NCBI GenBank assembly: GCA_044892525.1
Contig: CM097887.1
Span: 86,840,397-86,904,396 of the forward strand
Source of the DNA: Schmidtea polychroa
Taxonomy: Eukaryota
Reading direction: 5' to 3'
DNA length: 64,000 nt
The notes beneath the pieces are model-generated. The model worked only from the letters and a program-made list of their open reading frames with translations, ran no database searches and was not told where the DNA came from. This document shows, in pieces, positions 1 to 10,808 of this stretch (its first letter is position 1; every line of letters starts with the position of its first letter). The translations under genes and the position numbers were made by a program.

Positions 1-811
1 TTACAAAAAACTTATACAATTATACTAATTGGAAGTCATAAAAATGTAAATTGTAAAAATTTATAATAAAAGTATAAATTGTAAACATATATAAAAAAAC
101 CTACAATTTGATATATAAACTATAAAATTACACTAATTGGTTTTCAGAAAAATGTAAATTATAAAAACTTATAATAAAAGTATAAATTACAATCCTGCAT
201 ATATCAAAACCTGCCAGTTGATGTAAATTATAAAATTATATTAATTCTGACCAGAAACCATAAATTGGATTTTATAAAATGTAAGTTAAAAACCTTGTAA
301 GAGAAGTATAGATTGTAATATACCATTTGTAATATGAACTTGAAAAATCATATTCTAAACCAAAACCAGAATGGGATTTTTATGAAAATTGTAGATTAAA
401 AAAAAAACTTATATCAGTTGCAGTAGTGTAAATTATAATTACCCAAAGAAAAAACCTATACCTATCTAAATTAGGTTACCTAATAGAAGGAAATAAAAAA
501 TTTCGATAAGTGACCCCCTCATAAACCTACCAAACCCCTAGAATTAGTATTAAATGTATTGCTTATTCACGTCTATTAATAAATATATTAATTATATGTA
601 CCTTATTTATAAAACTTATAGATCATCTACGACTACTACTAAAATATTACTATACATATATTTTTACTTATAAAAATTGCAAATCAGTATATTCATTATA
701 CATACCTTACTTATGGAACTCATAAATCCGCTACGACTATTCATAAATATTTTACTATACATATTGCTTATAAAATTCATAAATTCTTTGTAACTATTAA
801 TAAACCCATAC

Positions 812-813
<2 letters not shown>

Positions 814-841
<28 letters not shown>
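814..841. repeat. (TA)n microsatellite
   Basis: Pure TA run. Similar runs at about 14349-14399, 15960-15983, 26943-26963 and 30457-30515; (AAT)n at about 33931-33971. Confidence 0.95.
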
Positions 842-844
<3 letters not shown>

Positions 845-1339
845 CCTATAGAGTCCATTAACCATCTATCCCTAACTATGATCATGTTATTTATAAATTT
901 ACAAACCATAAGTTTACCGATTAACCCTATAGTACCCTATCTCCAACCATTCATATTACTTAAGCAAACTACTACTTAATCTGTATTTTGGTAAAAAATT
1001 TATAGTTGGAGTTTTATTAAGTGCCCTCATAACCAGCAATATGTAGCCATTCATAATGGTATTAGTGTACTTATCATTTGTAAAATTTATTTTCCAATTC
1101 ATCCTGCAGTATCTTATTTACAAATATCCATACTAATATTACCGAGATATGCTGTTTGTAGGTATATGCTTCTGAGAAATTAATAACTTCAATCACACCC
1201 CCCCCCCCTTATTTTTATAAGCCCTCATACACCTACACTTATATTTATCCTACTGATACCAATGGAAACATAAATTTTCATACTTACAAATTACCCATCC
1301 CCTATTTCCAACTTATATTTGGCATATACTACTTATAAA

Positions 1340-1990
1340 ACTATAACTTATCTGTATAATAACTAGATATACTATTATACTTATACTACTTATAAAATTA
1401 TAATTTAATTACATGTTAATCATTTACACTACTAGACCTATACTACTTATAAAAGTTGTAACTTATTTGTATATTAATTATCTATACTACTATACTCATA
1501 CGACTTATAAAATTATAATTTAATTACATGTTAATCATTTACACTACTAGACCTATACTACTTTTAAAAGTTGTAACTTATTTGTATATTAATTATCTAT
1601 ACTACTATAGTCATACGACTTATAAAATTATAATTTAATTACATGTTAATCATTTACACTACTAGACCTATACTACTTATAAAAGTTGTAACTTATTTGT
1701 ATATTAATTATCTATACTACTATACTCATACGACTTATAAAATTATAATTTAATTACATGTTAATCATTTACACTACTAGACCTATACTACTTATAAAAG
1801 TTGCAACTTATCTGTATATCAATTATATACCTATACTACTTATAAAATTATAATATTTACATATTAATCATTTAATTATAAAAACTGTAACTTATTTGTA
1901 TATCAATTATTACTATATTACTTATAAACTTATAATTATTTTGCATATGAATCATTCACCCTACTAGGCCTACAGTACTTATAAAATAAC
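1340..1990. repeat. Tandem minisatellite, 115-bp period with about 4 near-identical copies and degenerate flanks
   Basis: tataaaattataatttaattacatg recurs at 1391, 1506, 1621 and 1736. Each unit is built from related ctatactacttataaaa sub-repeats. Confidence 0.9.
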
Positions 1991-3153
1991 TTATTCATTA
2001 TACATACCTCTATATCTATCGTGCCTATGAACTTTTCTGGTTAGTTATCTACCTTAAATCCATAGATCAACTATGCCTACCCAAATCCCCTCGGACTGTT
2101 GACGAGCACGTTAATACCTTTCCTATAAAGTATACTAAGAATGTAAAATGAAAAGGTATTGTTGATAAACCGATTAAATCTAACGTCTCTATTCTACGAC
2201 AATAAATAACCTCACCGAAAAGAAAATTGCATAAACGAATTTATTAATAAACAATTTGATATTTGTTGGAAAATCCGCTTCCAAGCTTCACTAAAATAAT
2301 TCCAAAGCGTCATTGAGAGGTGGGCGAATATGGGTCTCAACGCTGGGTTGAAATCAAGCGATCTGGACATACCCTTACTGGACTCGACGGCCGAATGATT
2401 TTTCGACAAATTTCGCTGAACTGAACTTGATGGGAATCTACAAACAATTAGAATATGGAACTTAAAAATAAAAATCAAACCCCATCCAACAATCAACAGC
2501 AAATTTCCTAGACGAGGAACTCATCTTTTGAACCTAGAAATTTTTCTTACAAGATAAATAATTCCGAAAATTTTTAATTATCAAATAAATAATTCCGAAA
2601 ATTTTTAATTATCCCTCCACGACTTAAAACAAAGGTATCCATGCCATCAAGGTCGGGAAAAATTTCTAAATTAATAATTAATTTTTTGTTGCTTAAAATT
2701 ACTCTTGGCAATGATAGAAATAGTACAGTTAAAATAACTACACTTATAAAAAAAAATTTTTTTTTCTTTCATTGAAAAATTTCTTTCTAAGTTAAAGAAT
2801 ATTCTGAATATGTTTTATTGGTTTTATCATTCTTTTCTCATTTATTTTATTAAATTAGTAAACGTAATTAAACTGCGATAATCCGACACAAAAAGAATAA
2901 AAAATGCATTTTATCCTCTTAATATTGTTATTTATTTAAAAGTTATTTTACTTTTATATTACATATTCCTATTTTTAATACTGCTACTAACTACTTCATA
3001 ACTCTAAGTGTTCAATTTCAATTCCGTTAGGGTTGGCACAATAGGAAGAGGACCCAGTAGGTTTAAGAAATAAAGATTATGTAAGGGGTAAAAGGGCGTG
3101 GTTAAAAAGTCGATCACCGGAATTAGAAAGATATTTATCCATAACCATTTAGA

Positions 3154-3537
3154 ATGTCAAACTCCAGAGAGCCAAGTGAAGTTGATCAATGTGAGGCAAC
3201 GGATGCGCGCCTCCTCTCCAGGCACATTTGGCACCACATCCACCGGTGGAGCCAGGGACGGGACCTGGATTGCACAAATCGGGTGATCCGGGAGGGCCCC
3301 GAGGTAAATGCCCCGGTGTGGGTGAAGACCGAGCCGGACAACAATTGGCTCGTCGAGGCCAGAGACCGCACCATGGGTGACATTGCTAGAGCTCAGTGTG
3401 AACTTCGTCTGATCGAGGCTCAGCTCCGTGCCGTCGAAACCGGTCGGCCAATAGAGGAAGTGGAAGTGGAGCCGGTTGCTGGCGAAGAAACGGGGCCGAC
3501 CCCGCAAGATGGCTTCCCGAAACTGAGATCTCGGTGA
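3154..3537 (+). CDS. Hypothetical 127-aa protein, GC-rich and intronless (paralog A1)
   Basis: ATG-to-TGA ORF at about 60% GC in a 20-25% GC background. 49 of the first 104 residues are identical, ungapped, to ORF 6363-6728. Confidence 0.75.
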   Translation: MSNSREPSEVDQCEATDARLLSRHIWHHIHRWSQGRDLDCTNRVIREGPEVNAPVWVKTEPDNNWLVEARDRTMGDIARAQCELRLIEAQLRAVETGRPIEEVEVEPVAGEETGPTPQDGFPKLRSR

Positions 3538-4149
3538 TCTCGGGGACGGTCTTACATTTCATATTGACTCTAGTGATTTTTTTCAATAAGTTGAGTAGGC
3601 CATTGAAATTATTATACGACCAATAAATCTAACCTGTATATTTATATCATAAATTTAACCTCTTTGAAATATAAATTATGAACCTATGTTGAGCTAAGTT
3701 TTCACTCTAAAATAGTTATATAAGTGTGAATTCACATTAATTTCCAAAATATCAAATATAAATCTTAAACGGTTGTAGATAATTTATAGATGTACTCCGG
3801 TCATCAAGTTGAAGTATTATAATTTCTAGCTATTTTTCATGGATAAATGACCATCTGTAAAGTATTGGCCAGTTAAAAATGTAATTTCTGATTTTGTATA
3901 ATTCTTTATTAAGTTGAATAAATATAACTCATAAACATATAATCATAAAATACAATCAATTCTAAATCTAGCATTATGATCTATCAATGTTGAATCGTAG
4001 AGTACTATCAAATTCCAAGTAAAAATCACAATTTATAAATATATATAATCCTACTTTATGACTTTATGCTTTATTTAGTATACACTTCCCAATGCCTAAA
4101 CTGTAAGCTATAATTAAGTCTTTTGCGTAAATGTATCAACTAGGAAAAT

Positions 4150-5023
4150 CTAAATTAAAAACTATGATTTTATATAACCTATAAATAGTTATAGATAAAT
4201 TTTAACTACAAAATATAAATTATAAATAGTCGTATAAAATTTTTTGATTATAAAATATAAATTAAAACTAGTTTATGTAAATTATCTATGTATATGAATT
4301 CTAAAAATATAACCTATAGATAGTTCTAGATAAATCGTGACTACAAAATTATAAATTATAAGCAATTATATAAAATTTTTGATTAGAAAATATACGGTAT
4401 AAATAGTTGTGTATAAATTATACAGGTATCGTGATTATAAAATATAATCTATAATTAGTTATAGATAAATTTGGATTGCAAAATTATAAATAATTATGTA
4501 AAAATTTTTTTTTGATTATAAAATATAAAGTATAAATGGTTATATATAAATTTTGATTATAAATTATAAATTATAAATATTAGGTACAAATTCTTATTAT
4601 AAATTATAAATTATAAATAGTTATAGGTAAATTTAGATTATAAAATAAAATTTATAAATAGTTAAATGTACATTATAAATATATCTTGACACTAAAAATA
4701 CGGATTATAGGTAGTTGCCTGAAAAATTTGACTATAGAAATATAAATTATAAATGGATATATAGAAAGTTTATTATAAAAGGTAAATCGTAAATAGTCAT
4801 ATAAAATTTTATTATAAGATATAATTTAGAAATAGTTATGAATATAAATTATTAATGTAGACAATAAATTATAACGGGTTATAATCAATTCTGACTATAA
4901 AATTATAAAGTATAAATAGCTATAATAGTTTTACATTTAGGCATACGATCCTATGCCAAGAATTTGAAACCTAAAATTTTGGTTAAATTATAACTATGTA
5001 TATAAATGTATATAAATTGAATA
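4150..5023. repeat. Degenerate AT-rich minisatellite of about 40 bp
   Basis: Recurrent ttgattataaaatataaattataaatagttata-type units running into the gap. Confidence 0.65.
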
Positions 5024-5563
5024 NNNNNNNNNNNNNNNNNNNNNNNNNNNNNNNNNNNNNNNNNNNNNNNNNNNNNNNNNNNNNNNNNNNNNNNNNNNNN
5101 NNNNNNNNNNNNNNNNNNNNNNNNNNNNNNNNNNNNNNNNNNNNNNNNNNNNNNNNNNNNNNNNNNNNNNNNNNNNNNNNNNNNNNNNNNNNNNNNNNNN
5201 NNNNNNNNNNNNNNNNNNNNNNNNNNNNNNNNNNNNNNNNNNNNNNNNNNNNNNNNNNNNNNNNNNNNNNNNNNNNNNNNNNNNNNNNNNNNNNNNNNNN
5301 NNNNNNNNNNNNNNNNNNNNNNNNNNNNNNNNNNNNNNNNNNNNNNNNNNNNNNNNNNNNNNNNNNNNNNNNNNNNNNNNNNNNNNNNNNNNNNNNNNNN
5401 NNNNNNNNNNNNNNNNNNNNNNNNNNNNNNNNNNNNNNNNNNNNNNNNNNNNNNNNNNNNNNNNNNNNNNNNNNNNNNNNNNNNNNNNNNNNNNNNNNNN
5501 NNNNNNNNNNNNNNNNNNNNNNNNNNNNNNNNNNNNNNNNNNNNNNNNNNNNNNNNNNNNNNN
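5024..5563. other. Assembly gap (N run)
   Basis: 540 Ns. Confidence 1.
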
Positions 5564-6362
5564 TATCACTATTGTTATCTACCAGAAAATCAAAACCTGA
5601 TCACAATATCGATTTAGGATTTCCCCCCACAACTAAATTTAGCATCAACTCCTTTGCCCCAATAAGAATGATCGTAATTCCAAAAATCTATTTTTAGTAA
5701 CACCCCCCCGGAGAGAATGTTAGGACTATTTATTATAATTGGGAATAGGGGCGGGAGTACATATATATGTATATGGATAGATGTTATTAACCATATTTGG
5801 TTTGAACCAAACTTAGCAGCGGGGACAGCTTAACTATTTTAGTTCCCCTGAAACCAGGAGTCGGATAAAACTTACTCTAATAACCCGAAATGAGGAATTA
5901 AATGTATTTAGATTATCAGGAAAGTGGGGAAACAACTCCTACAAATTATCGAAGCATATAAGACACCTTTCTAAATTACTAATGGGTTGTGAATATATAT
6001 TTTACCAAAAAATTAAATTATTATTACAAGAAATCAAAAGATTTTGGTATTAATAATTTACAAGTATAAAATTGCTATAAATTAATTAAAATTACAACTT
6101 ATTTTAAAATGCAAAGTCTGTACGCCTTTATCATCATTTCATTCGATAAGTTCCATAGACTTCATGTTGTAATCAAAACTCGGCAATACCTTAGCACCAC
6201 CTCTGTTTCGTTTCTCGTCAAAGTTTTCGTCGATTATCATAAAGTTCTTAGGGTCAAACGATAGCGGAGCGATTTAATAGGTGGGGAAAGAGTTAATAAA
6301 GAGCCTGTGTTCTAAGATTCATCTCCATCTGTGCAGAGTGTCTTGATTTTTGCATTGCAGGA

Positions 6363-6728
6363 ATGTCTCACTCGGACGATTATAGTGATGGAGAAGCCGA
6401 CAGGCAGATGATTACCCGGCTCCGCACCCGGTATATCTGGTACCGCATTCACAATTGGAATCGCGGTTTGGACCTGGACAACTTCGGTCCAGTTATCCGA
6501 AGTGGCCCAGAACCTGACTCCCCGGCTTGGGTGAAGACGGAACCCACGAACGACATACTGCAGGAGGCCCGCGATCGAGTGGCTATTGAAGTCGAGGCTG
6601 CTCAAATGCGGCTAAAGAGAAATGAACTACAGCTCCGGGCCAAAAGAGAAGGAGTACCCTTAGAGGAGTTGGAAGATGTCGAGGCACCCCCACGAAAGAG
6701 AGGAAAGCCCCGCAAGTGCCCAACATGA
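6363..6728 (+). CDS. Hypothetical 121-aa protein, GC-rich and intronless (paralog A2)
   Basis: ATG-to-TGA ORF sharing IWxxIHxWxxGxDLD, VIRxGPE, WVKTEP, EARDR and QLRA with A1. Basic C-terminus PPRKRGKPRK. Confidence 0.75.
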   Translation: MSHSDDYSDGEADRQMITRLRTRYIWYRIHNWNRGLDLDNFGPVIRSGPEPDSPAWVKTEPTNDILQEARDRVAIEVEAAQMRLKRNELQLRAKREGVPLEELEDVEAPPRKRGKPRKCPT

Positions 6729-6965
6729 ACCCTTGTCGATCCGTACATTTGTATTGAAACAATTAATATTTGACCTATCTTAATCAGTCTTCGTTTGTAC
6801 CTTGTATAATGATTTAACTAATTGTAATTTTTCTTATATTCATCATTAAATAAAGTATTTCGAGATCAAATTGTGGTTTTTAGTGATTATAATATGCCTT
6901 AGTGATCAAGCGACCGACGTTAATTTATAATTTCACTACATGAATAAATAAATTTCCCTTTTTGT

Positions 6966-7424
6966 ATGGATGCAGTTGATAAATTCCTTTATGTTCTAGT
7001 GTTTAAATTTTTTGAAAACCTGCGGAAAGACCGGGAACAGGCACAAAAACAGGCCGAAGATCTCCGAGCCCGGGTCGACAAGCTCAAAGGGAGGTGCCGA
7101 GAGTTCGAGGGCACCTAGTTCAGTCCCGCAGACATGAAGAAGAAGACTGCACAGATCCTTCAGCTGCAGGCCCAAGTCACGCAAGACCAGATGGAGATCC
7201 GCGCACTAAAATTACAAGTGCGCGCGCTCGAAATCGGACCCAAACCTTCTAACGGTAGTCCGTGAACCCATAGAGTACTCGACAATTATAGTGCCTTGGT
7301 GCGCTCACTTTTTGCGAGTAATCAACCCCTTGGTACAGTACCAACGTTGATTACTCAACGGGTACCAAGCGGAAAACAACGTTGTATTTTGGGTTACGCT
7401 GGTAATGTTCGTTACAATAGTTAA
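6966..7424 (+). pseudogene. GC-rich coiled-coil ORF with two in-frame stops (unit B/C, copy 1)
   Basis: One frame from ATG 6966 to TAA 7422-7424, interrupted by TAG 7116 and TGA 7263. Heptad-like ENLRKDREQAQKQAEDLRARVDKLK and ILQLQAQVTQDQMEIRALKLQVRALE, then RVLDNYSALVRSLF...PTLITQRV...RCILGYAGN. Confidence 0.6.
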
Positions 7425-7629
7425 TACTATGAGAAAAACATGGTCATTATTCATTGATAATTTTAAATTCTTTATCATCACAACCTCTAAAATGATATAA
7501 TTTCACAGGAACTATTATTTTTGCCTCAAACAAATTTACTCCAAATGATAAAGAATTTAAAATTATCAATGAATAATGACCATGTTTTTCTCATATTATT
7601 AACTACGGTATGTGGGTGTTAATGGAAAA

Positions 7630-7884
7630 GGAATATGAGGAACGTTGTGAGGACATTGGAAAAGCAATCTGGTGATAGAGACCGTGTACTATCGGTAGTC
7701 CATGGACCCAAGAGAGTGCTTGCCAATTATAGTGCGGGTTGCGCGCTCACTTTCTGCTGGCACTCACCCTCTTGATACAGCACCAACATTGATCACTCAA
7801 TGGGTATCAACTGATCAACCAAACGTTGTATTCTGGGTTACGCTGGAAACAGCACGACAAGGTAAAATGTTTGATTTCTTTTAA
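7630..7884 (+). pseudogene. Diverged tandem copy of the 3' part of unit B/C (frameshifted)
   Basis: 7690-7850 aligns to 7250-7405 (cggtagtcc, aattatagtgc, gcgctcactt, aacgttgtatt.tgggttacgctgg). Mostly synonymous differences in the copy-1 frame. Confidence 0.6.
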
Positions 7885-7940
7885 CCTACCACTAATATAA
7901 AGGTGGAAAAGGAGTGAATAAAGGAGTGAATAAAAGGAGT

Positions 7941-8300
7941 AGTCAAAGCAATAGAGCATTCGAGTAACGTATTCCTGTGATTAAATCGATCGACGATTAG
8001 GGGTTATTATTGTTATTGGCGATTTGTACATGGAGAGCAATTCTTCGCGTAGTGACGTAATAAACTCTCTATATTAGAAGTGATTGGCTGTAATTACAAC
8101 TTCTACAATCTATTGTGATTATTAATACAGGTTATCTTGTTCAAATTTGTAAATTTGTGAATTGATAAAACACGCTTGGAATCAGAGAAGTAATTGTAGA
8201 ATTTATAACTCATCACCGAACCAATGAACCCAACAGTCCTCTCGCTTCTGTTCACAGACCTCGTTTCGCTAATTTAAAACTAATAATTTTGAAAGGAAGC
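7941..8300 (+). repeat. Unclassified dispersed repeat of about 350 bp, possibly LTR-like
   Basis: Diverged homolog at about 51446-51825 (shared agtcaaagcaa, gataaaacacgct..gga.tcagaga, cacc.a.ccaa..aacccaa). Preceded by a purine-rich tract at about 7900-7940. Confidence 0.6.
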
Positions 8301-8757
8301 CTAATTATATTATCCAATTGTTTACCACTTGGGTTTCCACTTAGGTCGAGTTTTTCTCATGGCTCAGGTTTCTTACATACCTAATAAATTATTCATTTAT
8401 TCTTAATTAATTTGTATTTATTGAATACTGATATCTCCTCTCTCATATTTTGATATCCATTATCACAAAATTACGTCTTTCGGTGGAACTTAAAGAAAAT
8501 AAGAATCAAACATTATTTGCAAAAAAATTCAATGATCAATTATTGTTCAAAATAAGTTTTAAAATAACTAATTTTGAAAAACAAATTCTTATCAAACTGA
8601 CAAGGCAAAGAGTTGCGTATCTTACAAAAGCCGCGAAATATATTTTAAAATCCAAATTCCATTATAAAATAACATTCTCCGAGAGAAATATTTATGAAAT
8701 TGTTAAACAATTTTTGCAATCAATCATTGTCAATAATTTCAAAACAGTTTTTATTTA

Positions 8758-10410
8758 ATGGTGAGTGAATCTTGTGAAATGATTTATTTTTAAAATATTT
8801 TTTAAAATTTTAATCAATTGTGAAAACGTTGATGGAATATTTTATGTAGAAAGAGATCATATCTATAAATATTGGTCAGGCTGGAGTCCAGCTGTCAAAC
8901 GCTGCTTGGGAATTATTTTGCATTGAGCATGGCATTAAAGCGGATGGGTCCATGCATAACATGGTAGAAAATGGTGAATCTGGACAAGATACGTTTTTCC
9001 GACTTTCAGAAACTACTTATGTTCCAAGAGCGGTTTCAGTAGATTTTGAGCCGACGGTCATTGGTAAATTAATATTATATTATGTTTTTAACAATTTGAT
9101 TTTAAGATGAAGTTCGTCTTGGAGCTTATAGGCATTTATTTAATCCAGAACAATTAATTTCTGGCTTTGAAGATTGCGCCAGTAATTTTGCGAGAGGGAA
9201 TTATACGGTTGGGAAATTATTTTTGAAGCCAGTAATGAAGCAGATAATAAAGCAAATTGAAAATTGTGATAGTTTACAAGGGTTCTGTATTCTTAATAGT
9301 TTCGACGGAGGGACAGGGGCTGGTTTTACATCGACTTTGCAGGAAGAATTATCAATGGAATTTGGTAAAAAGCCAAAATTTCAAATTGGAATTTATCCAT
9401 CTAGAAGAATGGCTACAAGTACTGTGTATCCATATAATGCTATTCTCCATACTCATACAACAATGTCTCACACAAATTTAAATACATTAATGGACAATGA
9501 AGCTATTTATGATATTTGTGCTAATAAACTTGGTGTAGATAGGCCAACATACAGCAATATTAATCGAATAATTGTACAATTATTTAGTAGTTTAACCATT
9601 TCAGTACGATCTAGAAATCTTTTGAATAGTGACTTAGATCAATTATGCACCAATCTGGTTCCATATCCTAGAATACATTTTCCTCTTTCACACCTTTCAC
9701 CGTTATTAAACGCATGTAAATCCAGCAAAGAATCAACGGGTATCGGTGATATGACGAGAGATATTTTTGATGCTGAAAATCAACTCGTTCAATGTAATAC
9801 AGCTAATGGAAGGTTTATGGCTTGTGTATTGCAATACCGAGGGCCAATACCACCTACATCTATTAATAAAACTATTTTTGAACTTAAAAGACGAACAGAT
9901 ATAAATTTTGTCGACTGGTGTCCAACGGGATTCAAAATTGGTATTAGCAGCATGCCTTCTGTAAGTCCTCCTGGCAGTGCTTTAGGAGATATGAAAAGAA
10001 CGTTAGCAATGTTATCGAATTCAACCGCTATTGTCGAAACATGGTCTGAATTATTAAAAAAGTTTGATTTATTGTTTTCTAAAAGATCGTTTGTTCATTG
10101 GTTCGTGAGTGAAGGCTTAGAAGAAGGAGAATTTTTAGAAGCCTATCAAAATATTAGATCTCTTGAAAATGATTATGTAGAAATATCTATGTCTTCACAG
10201 GAAATAATGGGCCAAGATAAATCTAGTAAAAGCGATCCGAAAATAATAAGATCAAGTGAACCAACTAGTAAAGTAGATGATTCAAAAAGTACAATTGTAC
10301 AAGAGAAATCTAAAAGTAAAAAATCATCAACTATTTCGAAAAGTATTAAAAGTGGGAACAAGTCACAAAATAATGCATCACCGTTCCACACGGAAATTAT
10401 TAACTATTAA
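8758..10410 (+). CDS. TUBA: Divergent alpha-tubulin (506 aa, 3 exons)
   Basis: Exons 8758-8760 (ATG), 8850-9063 and 9107-10410, with GT-AG introns including the classic alpha-tubulin intron after codon 1. Motifs [70 protein letters not shown]. Confidence 0.95.
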
Positions 10411-10808
10411 TTTTTTGTCAATGGATTAAAATGACCTTCCAAACATGCCATGATTCAAAGAATATGTTTAAAAAGAAACTAATTTTAACTACTAAATTAG
10501 AATTTAATACTATAATGAACTTGCCTTAAATGCATGCTAATCAAATCTTTTGATTAGGTTCTAACTACGATTCTGTCGTGCAAGTTATAGAAATAAATTT
10601 CTATTGTTATTTTTTGATATCAGAAAAATAAAAGTTTTCAGCTTATTTAAATTTCTAAATTTTAATGTAAAGTTGTTTATTTATTTAGAAGTTCATTTCT
10701 TTAATTGTAAAATTTAAATATTAAAATTAATTTTGTAAAAAGCTGAAATTAAGAAATTTCAATAAATAGAATATTTTTATAAATATTTATAAGTTTATTT
10801 AGTTGTAT

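Noticed and set aside
664-909. ORFs containing YIYIYI runs (also 14314-14515)
   Set aside because: Translations of (TA)n microsatellites.
1385-1850. CRISPR-like array
   Set aside because: The units are contiguous and near-identical, with no unique spacers; eukaryotic context and no cas genes.
2230-2560. Stop-interrupted + frame (WKIRFQ...ERWANMGL...DLD) and minus frame 6090-6260 as further members of the GC-rich module
   Set aside because: Only scattered resemblance (W....G..QT); not enough to claim homology.
3098-3586. Overlapping and antisense ORFs around A1 and A2 (3098-3286, 3157-3507, 3186-3383, 3386-3586, 6312-6605, 6996-7184)
   Set aside because: Expected by-products of high GC; only the + frames are conserved between paralogs.
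1340-5023. Foldback-like element with the two minisatellite arrays as inverted arms around ORF A1
   Set aside because: Similarity between the arrays in inverted orientation did not clearly exceed what AT-richness gives; no termini or TSD found.
4994-5697. ORFs spanning N runs (also 12656-13063 beyond the true exon)
   Set aside because: Artefacts of translating gaps.
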